From Squalus acanthias (Eukaryota), in assembly GCA_030390025.1 (NCBI GenBank), contig CM059433.1, positions 5,704,001 through 5,768,000 of the forward strand: a stretch of 64,000 bases of DNA, in the 5' to 3' direction. Of the stretch, positions 49,401-61,400 are shown piece by piece. Numbering within the stretch: position 1 is the first letter of the stretch; each line of letters starts with the position of its first letter. The translations under genes and the position numbers were made by a program. The notes below the pieces were generated by a model. The model was given only the letters and a program-made list of their open reading frames with translations. It made no database searches and was not told the DNA's origin.

Positions 49401-52400
49401 GGTCGCCTTATCTGAGGAAGGATGCTCTTGCCATGGAGGGAGTGCAGCGAAGATTCACCAGACTGATGCCTGGGATGGCAGGAATGACGTATTAAGAGAG
49501 ATTGGGACGATTGGGCTTGTATTCGCTAGAGTTTAGAAGAATGAGAGGGGATCTCATTGAAACTTATAAAATTCTAACAGGACTAGACAGACTAGATGCA
49601 GGAAGGCTGTTCCCGATGGCGGGGGAGTCCAGAAACAGGGGTAACAGTCTAAGGATAAGGGGTAAGCCATTTAGGACTGAGATGAGGAGGAATTTATTCA
49701 CCCAGAGAGTGTTGAACCTGTGGAATTCTCTACCACAGAAGGCAGTTGAGGCCAATTCATTAAATATATTCAAGAAGGAGATAGATATATTTCTTAAGGC
49801 TAAGGGATCAAGGGATATGGGCAAAAAGCAGGGACAGGGCACTGAATTTGGATGATCATCCATGATCTCATTAAATGGCGGAGCAGGCACGAGGGGCCGA
49901 ATGGCCTACTCCTGCTCCTATCTTCTATGTTTCTATGACAGTCACTCTCACCTCACCTCTGGAATTCAGCTCTTTTTTCCATGTTTGGACCAAGGCTGTA
50001 ATGCAGTCAGGAGCCAAGTGGTCCTGACGGAAACCAAACTGGTCATCGGTGAGCTGGTTATTTGTGCCTTTGTTAGTGCCGCTTGATAGCATTGTCGATG
50101 ACAGCTTCCATCACTTTGCTGATGATGGAGAGATGGCTGATGGGATGGTAACGGGCTGTCGGATTAGTCCAGCTTTTTGTGGACTGTACATACCTGGCCA
50201 ATTTACCACTTTGTCGGGGAGTTGCCAGTACGGGAACAGCTTGGATAGTGTTGCAGCTAGTTCTGGACACAGGTCTTCAGCACTGCAGCCGCGATGTTGT
50301 CAGAACCCATAGCCTTTGCTGTATCCAGTGCGCTGTACTGTTCTTGATATCACGTGGAGTGAAGTGAATTAGCTGAAGACTGGCTTCTGTGAGGGTGGGA
50401 CCTCAGGAGCAGACCGAGATGCATCATCCACTTGGCACTTGTGACTGAAGATGGTTGCGAAGGCTTCAACCTTGTCTTTTTCACTCAGGTGCTGTGCTCC
50501 GCCATCATTGAGGATGTGGATGTTCAAGGAGCCTCCTCCTCCCGTTAGTTGTTTAATTGTCCATCACCATTCCCGACTGGATGTGACAGGACTGCAGCGC
50601 ATTGATCTGATCCATTGGGTGTGGGATCGCTTAGCTCTGTCTATCGCACGCTGCCTCCGCTGTTTAACATGCATATAGTCCTGTGTTGTAGCTTCACCAA
50701 GTTGGTTTCTGATTTTCTGATACACCTGGTGCAGCTCCTGGAATGCTCTTCAACACTCCTTATTGAACCAGGGCTGGTTTGATGGTAATGGTAGAATGAG
50801 GGATATGCCGGGCCATGAGTTTACAGATTATGGTGGAATACAATTCTGTTGCTGCTGATGGCCCACAGCGCCTCATGGATGCCCAGCTTTGAGCTGCTAG
50901 ATGTGTTCTTAATCTATCCCATTTAGCACAGTGGTAGGGCACACAACACGATGAAGGGGTGTCCTCAGTGACTCGGTAGTACCATGATTGACCAAGCTGG
51001 CTGAGTCCTGAAGGACATAGCAGCCAGACTGACTCACGGCAGGTGGTGAGAGAACAAACACGAGCCTCTACCGAGCAACACTTGGTGATGGACATTGAAG
51101 TCCCCCACCCAGAGTACATTCTGTGCACCAGCAGCCACAGTGCGCCGGAGGAGGAGGGAGTAAATGTTTAAGATGGTGGATGGGGGAGCTGATTAAGCGG
51201 CCTGCTTTCCCCTGGATTGTGTCGAGCTTTGTGTGTGTTGTTGGAGCTGCAACCGTCCAGGGAAGTGGAGAATATTCCATCGCACTCCTGACTTGTGCCT
51301 TGTAGGGGGTGGAAAGGCTTTGGGGAGTCAGGAGCTGGTGAGTCACTTGCGCCAAAATACCCAGCATCTGACTAGCTCTTGTAGGCACAGTATTTATTTG
51401 GCTGATCTAGTTAAGTTTTTGGTCAATGGTGACCCCCAAGATGTTGATGGTGGGGAATTCAATGATGGTAATGCCATTGACTGTCATGGGGAGGTGGTTA
51501 GACTCTCTCTTGTTGGAGATGGTCATTGTCTGGCACTTGTGTGTCACAAATGTTACTTGCCACTTATCATCCCCAACCTGCATGTTGTCCAGGTCTTGCT
51601 GCACGTGGACACAGACTGCCTCATTGGGCCAAAAATTCGGCACTTGCCGGGTGAGTACGCGCTGTGTACTCACCCGTAAGGCCTCCTGAAGTGCCGGTTT
51701 CCTGCATGCACTGCGCATGCGCGGGAAACTGGAACTTCCGGTCTCGTGAAGGGAGGGGTTCAGAGGTGAACCGCGTGCACGGGAGAGGCTGCGCGCACGC
51801 AGGGAACTTAGTTTTTTTTTCAGATTTCTCCGGGAAGGTAAGTATGGAAGAAGCTGCGCTTTTAAAAAGGAGGCGCGGGACCCGTTTTTAACAAGGTAAG
51901 TGGTTAATTAATTACAATTAAAAAAATTTTCAACAGGTTTATCTTTTTTAGATACTTTAAAGAAAGGTAAGTTTATTTTTAGCACTCTTAAAAAGTACTT
52001 TAATTTTTTCAAAAATTAATTTTTGTTTTAAGTAGTTAATTTATTTAACTTATAGTTATTTTAAAAATGTGATGGTTTTTTAAAAAATGTATTTGAAGTT
52101 TAGGTGTTGTTTTGGGGCCGATTTCAATTCATAGATTTGACAGGTCTTGGTTGGCGGACAGAAAGCAGAGAGTAGGAATTAATGGGTCTTTTTCCAAATG
52201 GCAAGTAGTGACTAGTGGGGTACCGCAGGGATCGGTCCTTGGACCCCAGCTATTCACAATATACATTAATGATCTAGATAAGGGAACTAAATGTAATATC
52301 TCCAAGTTTGCAGATGACACAAAGCTGGGTGGGAGTGTGTGCTGCGAGGAGGATACCGAGAAACTCCAGGATGATTTGGACAGGTTGGGTGATTGGGCAG

Positions 52401-55400
52401 AAGTGTGGCAGATGCAATATAACGTGGATAAATGCGAGGTTATCCACTTTGGTGTCAAAAACAGAAAGGCAGACTATTATCTGAATGGCAATAGATTGGG
52501 AGAAGGGGAAGTGCAACGAGACCTGGGTGTCCTTGTGCACCAGTCGCTGAAAGTAAGCATGCAGGTGCAGCAGGCGGTGAAGAAGGCAAATGGTATGTTG
52601 GCCTTCATAGCAAAAGGGTTTGAGTATAGGAACAGGGATGTCCTGCTGCAGTTGTACAGGGCCTTGGTGAGACCACACCTTGAGTACTGTGTGCAGTTTT
52701 GGTCGCCTTATCTGAGGAAGGATGTTCTTGCCATGGAAGGAGTTCAGCGAAGATTCACAAGGCTGATACCTGGGATGGCAGGAATGACATATGAGGAGAG
52801 ATTGGGTCGATTGGGCTTATACTCGCTGGAGTATAGAAGAATGAGAGGGGATCTCATCGAAACATATAAAATTCTGACAGGTCTGGACAAACTAGATGCA
52901 GGAAGAATGTTCCCGATGGTCGGAGAGTCCAGAACCAGGGGTCATAATCTAAGGATAAGGGGTAAGCCATTTAGGACAGAAATGAGGAAGAATTTCTTCA
53001 CCCAGAGAGTGGTGAACCTGTGGAATTCTCTACCACAGAAGGTAGTTGAGGCCAAGTCATTAAATATATTCAAGAATGAGTTAGATATATTTCTTAAAGC
53101 TAAAGGTATCAAGGGATATGGGGAGAAGGCAGGTACAGGGTACTGAGTTTGGATGATCAGCCATGATCTCATCGAATGGCGGAGCAGGCTCGAGGGGCCG
53201 AATGGCCTACTCCTGCTCCTATCTTCTATGTTTCTATGTTTCTATGTCTTCACAAAGGAGGACACAAATAACCTCCCAGTGATGTCGGGGAACATAGGGT
53301 CTAATGAGAGGGAGGAACTGAATGAAATCAGTATTTGTAGGGAAATGGTATAAGGGAAATTGACGGGATTGAAGGCCGATAAATCCCCAGGGCCTGATAA
53401 TCTACATCCTAGGGTACTTAAGGAAGTGGCCCTAGAAATAGTAGATGCATTGCTGGTCATCTTCCAAACATCTATAGACTCTGGAACAGTTCCCATGGAT
53501 TGGAGGGTAGCTAATGTAACCCCACTATTTAAAAGAGGTGGTAGAGAGAAAATGGGGAATTATAGACTGGTAAGCCTGATATCGGTAGTGGGGAAAATGC
53601 TCGAGTCCATTATAAAAGATGTAATAGCAGAGCACTTGGAAAACAGTGACAGGATCGGACAAAGTCAACATGGATTTACAAAAGGTAAATCATGCTTGAC
53701 TAATCTACAGGGTGTAACTGGTAGAATAGATAAGGGAGAACCAGTACACGTGGTGTATTTGGACTTTCAATAGGCTTTCGATAAGGTCCCGCATAAGAGA
53801 TTTGCGTGCAAAGTTAAAGCACATGGGATTGGTGGGGGTAAGGTACTGACTTGGATAGAGAACTGGTTGGCAGACAGGAAGCAAAGAGTTGGAATAAACG
53901 GGTCTTTTTCCGAGTGGCAGGCAGTGACTAGTGGGGTACCGCAGGGATCGGTGCTAGGACCCCAGCTATTCACAATATATATTAATGATCTAGACGAGGG
54001 AACTAGATGTAATATCTCCAAGTTTGCAGACAACACAAAGCTGGGTGGGCGTATGTGCTGTGAGGAGGTTGCAGAGAAACTGCAGTATGATTTGGACAGG
54101 TTGGGTGATTGGGCAGATGCATGGCAGATGCATGGATAAATGCGAGGATATCCACTTTGGTGGCAAAAACAGGAAGGCACATTATCTGAACGGCAATAGA
54201 TTGGGAAAAGGGGAAGTGTAACGAGACCTGCGTGTCCTTGTGCACCAGTCGCTGAAGGTAAGCATGCAGGTGCAGCAGGCGGTTAAGAAGGCAAATGGTA
54301 TGTTGGCCTTCATAGCGAGAGGATTCGAGTACAGGAGCAAGGATGTCTTGCTGCAGTTGTACAGGGCCTTGGTGAGACCACACCTTGAGTATTGTGTGCA
54401 GTTTTGGTCGCCTTATCTGAGGAAGGATGCTCTTGCCATGGAGGGAGTGCAGCGAAGATTCACCAGACTGATGCCTGGGATGGCAGGAATGACGTATTAA
54501 GAGAGATTGGGACGATTGGGCTTGTATTCGCTAGAGTTTAGAAGAATGAGAGGGGATCTCATTGAAACTTATAAAATTCTAACAGGACTAGACAGACTAG
54601 ATGCAGGAAGGCTGTTCCCGATGGCGGGGGAGTCCAGAAACAGGGGTAACAGTCTAAGGATAAGGGGTAAGCCATTTAGGACTGAGATGAGGAGGAATTT
54701 ATTCACCCAGAGAGTGTTGAACCTGTGGAATTCTCTACCACAGAAGGCAGTTGAGGCCAATTCATTAAATATATTCAAGAAGGAGATAGATATATTTCTT
54801 AAGGCTAAAGGGATCAAGGGATATGGGCAAAAAGCAGGGACAGGGCACTGAATTTGGATGATCATCCATGATCTCATTAAATGGCGGAGCAGGCACGAGG
54901 GGCCGAATGGCCTACTCCTGCTCCTATCTTCTATGTTTCTATGACAGTCACTCTCACCTCACCTCTGGAATTCAGCTCTTTTTTCCATGTTTGGACCAAG
55001 GCTGTAATGCAGTCAGGAGCCAAGTGGTCCTGACGGAAACCAAACTGGTCATCGGTGAGCTGGTTATTTGTGCTTTGTTAGTGTCGCTTGATAGCATTGT
55101 CGATGACAGCTTCCATCACTTTGCTGATGATGGAGAGATGGCTGATGGGATGGTAACGGGCTGTCGGATTAGTCCAGCTTTTTGTGGACTGTACATACCT
55201 GGCCAATTTACCACTTTGTCGGGGAGTTGCCAGTACGGGAACAGCTTGGATAGTGTTGCAGCTAGTTCTGGACACAGGTCTTCAGCACTGCAGCCGCGAT
55301 GTTGTCAGAACCCATAGCCTTTGCTGTATCCAGTGCGCTGTACTGTTCTTGATATCACGTGGAGTGAAGTGAATTAGCTGAAGACTGGCTTCTGTGAGGG

Positions 55401-58400
55401 TGGGACCTCAGGAGCAGACCGAGATGCATCATCCACTTGGCACTTGTGACTGAAGATGGTTGCGAAGGCTTCAACCTTGTCTTTTTCACTCAGGTGCTGT
55501 GCTCCGCCATCATTGAGGATGTGGATGTTCAAGGAGCCTCCTCCTCCCGTTAGTTGTTTAATTGTCCATCACCATTCCCGACTGGATGTGACAGGACTGC
55601 AGCGCATTGATCTGATCCATCGGGTGTGGGATCGCTTAGCTCTGTGTATAGCACGCTGCCTCCGCTGTTTAACATGCATATAGTCCTGTGTTGTAGCTTC
55701 ACCAAGTTGGTTTCTGATTTTCTGATACACCTGGTGCAGCTCCTGGAATGCTCTTCAACACTCCTTATTGAACCAGGGCTGGTTTGATGGTAATGGTAGA
55801 ATGAGGGATATGCCGGGCCATGAGTTTACAGATTATGGTGGAATACAATTCTGTTGCTGCTGATGGCCCACAGCACCTCATGGATGCCCAGCTTTGAGCT
55901 GCTAGATGTGTTCTTAATCTATCCCATTTAGCACAGTGGTAGGGCACACAACACGATGAAGGGGTGTCCTCAGTGACTCGGTAGTACCATGATTGACCAA
56001 GCTGGCTGAGTCCTGAAGGACATAGCAGCCAGACTGACTCACGGCAGGTGGTGAGAGAACAAACACGAGCCTCTACCGAGCAACACTTGGTGATGGACAT
56101 TGAAGTCCCCCACCCAGAGTACATTCTGTGCACCAGCAGCCACAGTGCGCCGGAGGAGGAGGGAGTAAATGTTTAAGATGGTGGATGGGGGAGCTGATTA
56201 AGCGGCCTGCTTTCCCCTGGATTGTGTCGAGCTTTGTGTGTGTTGTTGGAGCTGCAACCGTCCAGGGAAGTGGAGAATATTCCATCGCACTCCTGACTTG
56301 TGCCTTGTAGGGGGTGGAAAGGCTTTGGGGAGTCAGGAGCTGGTGAGTCACTTGCGCCAAAATACCCAGCATCTGACTAGCTCTTGTAGGCACAGTATTT
56401 ATTTGGCTGATCTAGTTAAGTTTTTGGTCAATGGTGACCCCCAAGATGTTGATGGTGGGGAATTCAATGATGGTAATGCCATTGACTGTCATGGGGAGGT
56501 GGTTAGACTCTCTCTTGTTGGAGATGGTCATTGTCTGGCACTTGTGTGTCACAAATGTTACTTGCCACTTATCATCCCCAACCTGCATGTTGTCCAGGTC
56601 TTGCTGCACGTGGACACAGACTGCCTCATTGGGCCAAAAATTCGGCACTTGCCGGGTGAGTACGCGCTGTGTACTCACCCGTAAGGCCTCCTGAAGTGCC
56701 GGTTTCCTGCATGCACTGCGCATGCGCGGGAAACGGAACTTCCGGTCTCGTGAAGGGAGGGGTTCAGAGGTGAACCGCGTGCACGGGAGAGGCTGCGCGC
56801 ACGCAGGGAACTTAGTTTTTTTTTCAGATTTCTCCGGGAAGGTAAGTATGGAAGAAGCTGCGCTTTTAAAAAGGAGGCGCGGGACCCGTTTTTAACAAGG
56901 TAAGTGGTTAATTAATTACAATTTAAAAAAATTTTCAACAGGTTTATCTTTTTTAGATACTTTAAAGAAAGGTAAGTTTATTTTTAGCACTCTTAAAAAG
57001 TACTTTAATTTTTTCAAAAATTAATTTTTGTTTTAAGTAGTTAATTTATTTAACTTATAGTTATTTTAAAAATGTGATGGTTTTTTAAAAAATGTATTTG
57101 AAGTTTAGGTGTTGTTTTGGGGCCGATTTCAATTCATAGATTTGACAGGTCTTGGTTGGCGGACAGAAAGCAGAGAGTAGGAATTAATGGGTCTTTTTCC
57201 AAATGGCAAGTAGTGACTAGTGGGGTACCGCAGGGATCGGTCCTTGGACCCCAGCTATTCACAATATACATTAATGATCTAGATAAGGGAACTAAATGTA
57301 ATATCTCCAAGTTTGCAGATGACACAAAGCTGGGTGGGAGTGTGTGCTGCGAGGAGGATACCGAGAAACTCCAGGATGATTTGGACAGGTTGGGTGATTG
57401 GGCAGAAGTGTGGCAGATGCAATATAACGTGGATAAATGCGAGGTTATCCACTTTGGTGTCAAAAACAGAAAGGCAGACTATTATCTGAATGGCAATAGA
57501 TTGGGAGAAGGGGAAGTGCAACGAGACCTGGGTGTCCTTGTGCACCAGTCGCTGAAAGTAAGCATGCAGGTGCAGCAGGCGGTGAAGAAGGCAAATGGTA
57601 TGTTGGCCTTCATAGCAAAAGGGTTTGAGTATAGGAACAGGGATGTCCTGCTGCAGTTGTACAGGGCCTTGGTGAGACCACACCTTGAGTACTGTGTGCA
57701 GTTTTGGTCGCCTTATCTGAGGAAGGATGTTCTTGCCATGGAAGGAGTTCAGCGAAGATTCACAAGGCTGATACCTGGGATGGCAGGAATGACATATGAG
57801 GAGAGATTGGGTCGATTGGGCTTATACTCGCTGGAGTATAGAAGAATGAGAGGGGATCTCATCGAAACATATAAAATTCTGACAGGTCTGGACAAACTAG
57901 ATGCAGGAAGAATGTTCCCGATGGTCGGAGAGTCCAGAACCAGGGGTCATAATCTAAGGATAAGGGGTAAGCCATTTAGGACAGAAATGAGGAAGAATTT
58001 CTTCACCCAGAGAGTGGTGAACCTGTGGCATTCTCTACCACAGAAGGTAGTTGAGGCCAAGTCATTAAATATATTCAAGAATGAGTTAGATATATTTCTT
58101 AAAGCTAAAGGTATCAAGGGATATGGGGAGAAGGCAGGTACAGGGTACTGAGTTTGGATGATCAGCCATGATCTCATCGAATGGCGGAGCAGGCTCGAGG
58201 GGCCGAATGGCCTACTCCTGCTCCTATCTTCTATGTTTCTATGTTTCTATGTCTTCACAAAGGAGGACACAAATAACCTCCCAGTGATGTCGGGGAACAT
58301 AGGGTCTAATGAGAGGGAGGAACTGAATGAAATCAGTATTTGTAGGGAAATGGTATAAGGGAAATTGACGGGATTGAAGGCCGATAAATCCCCAGGGCCT

Positions 58401-61400
58401 GATAATCTACATCCTAGGGTACTTAAGGAAGTGGCCCTAGAAATAGTAGATGCATTGCTGGTCATCTTCCAAACATCTATAGACTCTGGAACAGTTCCCA
58501 TGGATTGGAGGGTAGCTAATGTAACCCCACTATTTAAAAGAGGTGGTAGAGAGAAAATGGGGAATTATAGACTGGTAAGCCTGATATCGGTAGTGGGGAA
58601 AATGCTCGAGTCCATTATAAAAGATGTAATAGCAGAGCACTTGGAAAACAGTGACAGGATCGGACAAAGTCAACATGGATTTACAAAAGGTAAATCATGC
58701 TTGACTAATCTACAGGGTGTAACTGGTAGAATAGATAAGGGAGAACCAGTACACGTGGTGCATTTGGACTTTCATTGAGCCTTTCGTTAAGGTCCCGCAT
58801 AAGAGATTTGCGTGCAAAGTTAAAGCACATGGGATTGGTGGGGGTAAGGTACTGACTTGGATAGAAAACTGGTTGGCAGACAGGAAGCAAAGAGTTGGAA
58901 TAAACGGGTCTTTTTCCGAGTGGCAGGCAGTGACTAGTGGGGTACCGCAGGGATCGGTGCTAGGACCCCAGCTATTCACAATATATATTAATGATCTAGA
59001 CGAGGGAACTAGATGTAATATCTCCAAGTTTGCAGACAACACAAAGCTGGGTGGGCGTATGTGCTGTGAGGAGGTTGCAGAGAAACTGCAGTATGATTTG
59101 GACAGGTTGGGTGATTGGGCAGATGCATGGCAGATGCATGGATAAATGCGAGGATATCCACTTTGGTGGCAAAAACAGGAAGGCACATTATCTGAACGGC
59201 AATAGATTGGGAAAAGGGGAAGTGTAACGAGACCTGCGTGTCCTTGTGCACCAGTCGCTGAAGGTAAGCATGCAGGTGCAGCAGGCGGTTAAGAAGGCAA
59301 ATGGTATGTTGGCCTTCATAGCGAGAGGATTCGAGTACAGGAGCAAGGATGTCTTGCTGCAGTTGTACAGGGCCTTGGTGAGACCACACCTTGAGTATTG
59401 TGTGCAGTTTTGGTCGCCTTATCTGAGGAAGGATGCTCTTGCCATGGAGGGAGTGCAGCGAAGATTCACCAGACTGATGCCTGGGATGGCAGGAATGACG
59501 TATTAAGAGAGATTGGGACGATTGGGCTTGTATTCGCTAGAGTTTAGAAGAATGAGAGGGGATCTCATTGAAACTTATAAAATTCTAACAGGACTAGACA
59601 GACTAGATGCAGGAAGGATGTTCCCGATGGCGGGTGAGTCCAGAAACAGGGGTAACAGTCTAAGGATAAGGGGTAAGCCATTTAGGACTGAGATGAGGAG
59701 GAATTTATTCACCCAGAGAGTGTTGAACCTGTGGAATTCTCTACCACAGAAGGCAGTTGAGGCCAATTCATTAAATATATTCAAGAAGGAGATAGATATA
59801 TTTCTTAAGGCTAAAGGGATCAAGGGATATGGGCAAAAAGCAGGGACAGGGCACTGAATTTGGATGATCATCCATGATCTCATTAAATGGCGGAGCAGGC
59901 ACGAGGGGCCGAATGGCCTACTCCTGCTCCTATCTTCTATGTTTCTATGACAGTCACTCTCACCTCACCTCTGGAATTCAGCTCTTTTTTCCATGTTTGG
60001 ACCAAGGCTGTAATGCAGTCAGGAGCCAAGTGGTCCTGACGGAAACCAAACTGGTCATCGGTGAGCTGGTTATTTGTGCTTTGTTAGTGTCGCTTGATAG
60101 CATTGTCGATGACAGCTTCCATCACTTTGCTGATGATGGAGAGATGGCTGATGGGATGGTAACGGGCTGTCGGATTAGTCCAGCTTTTTGTGGACTGTAC
60201 ATACCTGGCCAATTTACCACTTTGTCGGGGAGTTGCCAGTACGGGAACAGCTTGGATAGTGTTGCAGCTAGTTCTGGACACAGGTCTTCAGCACTGCAGC
60301 CGCGATGTTGTCAGAACCCATAGCCTTTGCTGTATCCAGTGCGCTGTACTGTTCTTGATATCACGTGGAGTGAAGTGAATTAGCTGAAGACTGGCTTCTG
60401 TGAGGGTGGGACCTCAGGAGCAGGCCGAGATGCATCATCCACTTGGCACTTGTGAGTGAAGATGGTTGCGAAGGCTTCAGCCTTGTCTTTTTCACTCAGG
60501 TGCTGTGCTCCGCCATCATTGAGGATGTGGATGTTCAAGGAGCCTCCTCCTCCCGTTAGTTGTTTAATTGTCCATCACCATTCCCGACTGGATGTGACAG
60601 GACTGCAGCGCTTTGATCTGATCCATTGGGTGTGGGATCGCTTAGCTCTGTCTATCGCACGCTGCCTCCGCTGTTTAACATGCATATAGTCCTGTGTTGT
60701 AGCTTCACCAAGTTGGTTTCTGATTTTCTGATACACCTGGTGCAGCTCCTGGAATGCTCTTCAACACTCCTTATTGAACCAGGGCTGGTTTGATGGTAAT
60801 GGTAGAATGAGGGATATGCCGGGCCATGAGTTTACAGATTATGGCGGAATACAATTCTGTTGCTGCTGATGGCCCACAGCGCCTCATGGATGCCCAGTTT
60901 TGAGCTGCTAGATGTGTTCTTAATCTATCCCATTTAGCACAGTGGTAGGGCACACAACACGATGAAGGGGTGTCCTCAGTGACTCGGTAGTACCATGATT
61001 GACCAAGCTGGTTGAGTCCTGAAGGACATAGCAGCCAGACTGACTCACGGCAGGTGGTGAGTGAACAAACACGAGCCTCTACCGAGCAACACTTGGTGAT
61101 GGACATTGAAGTCCCCCACCCAGAGTACATTCTGTGCACCAGCAGCCACAGTGCGCCGGAGGAGGAGGGAGTAAATGTTTAAGATGGTGGATGGGGGAGC
61201 TGATTAAGCGGCCTGCTTTCCCCTGGATTGTGTCGAGCTTTGTGTGTGTTGTTGGAGCTGCAACCGTCCAGGGAAGTGGAGAATATTCCATCGCACTCCT
61301 GACTTGTGCCTTGTAGGGGGTGGAAAGGCTTTGGGGAGTCAGGAGCTGGTGAGTCACTTGCGCCAAAATACCCAGCATCTGACTAGCTCTTGTAGGCACA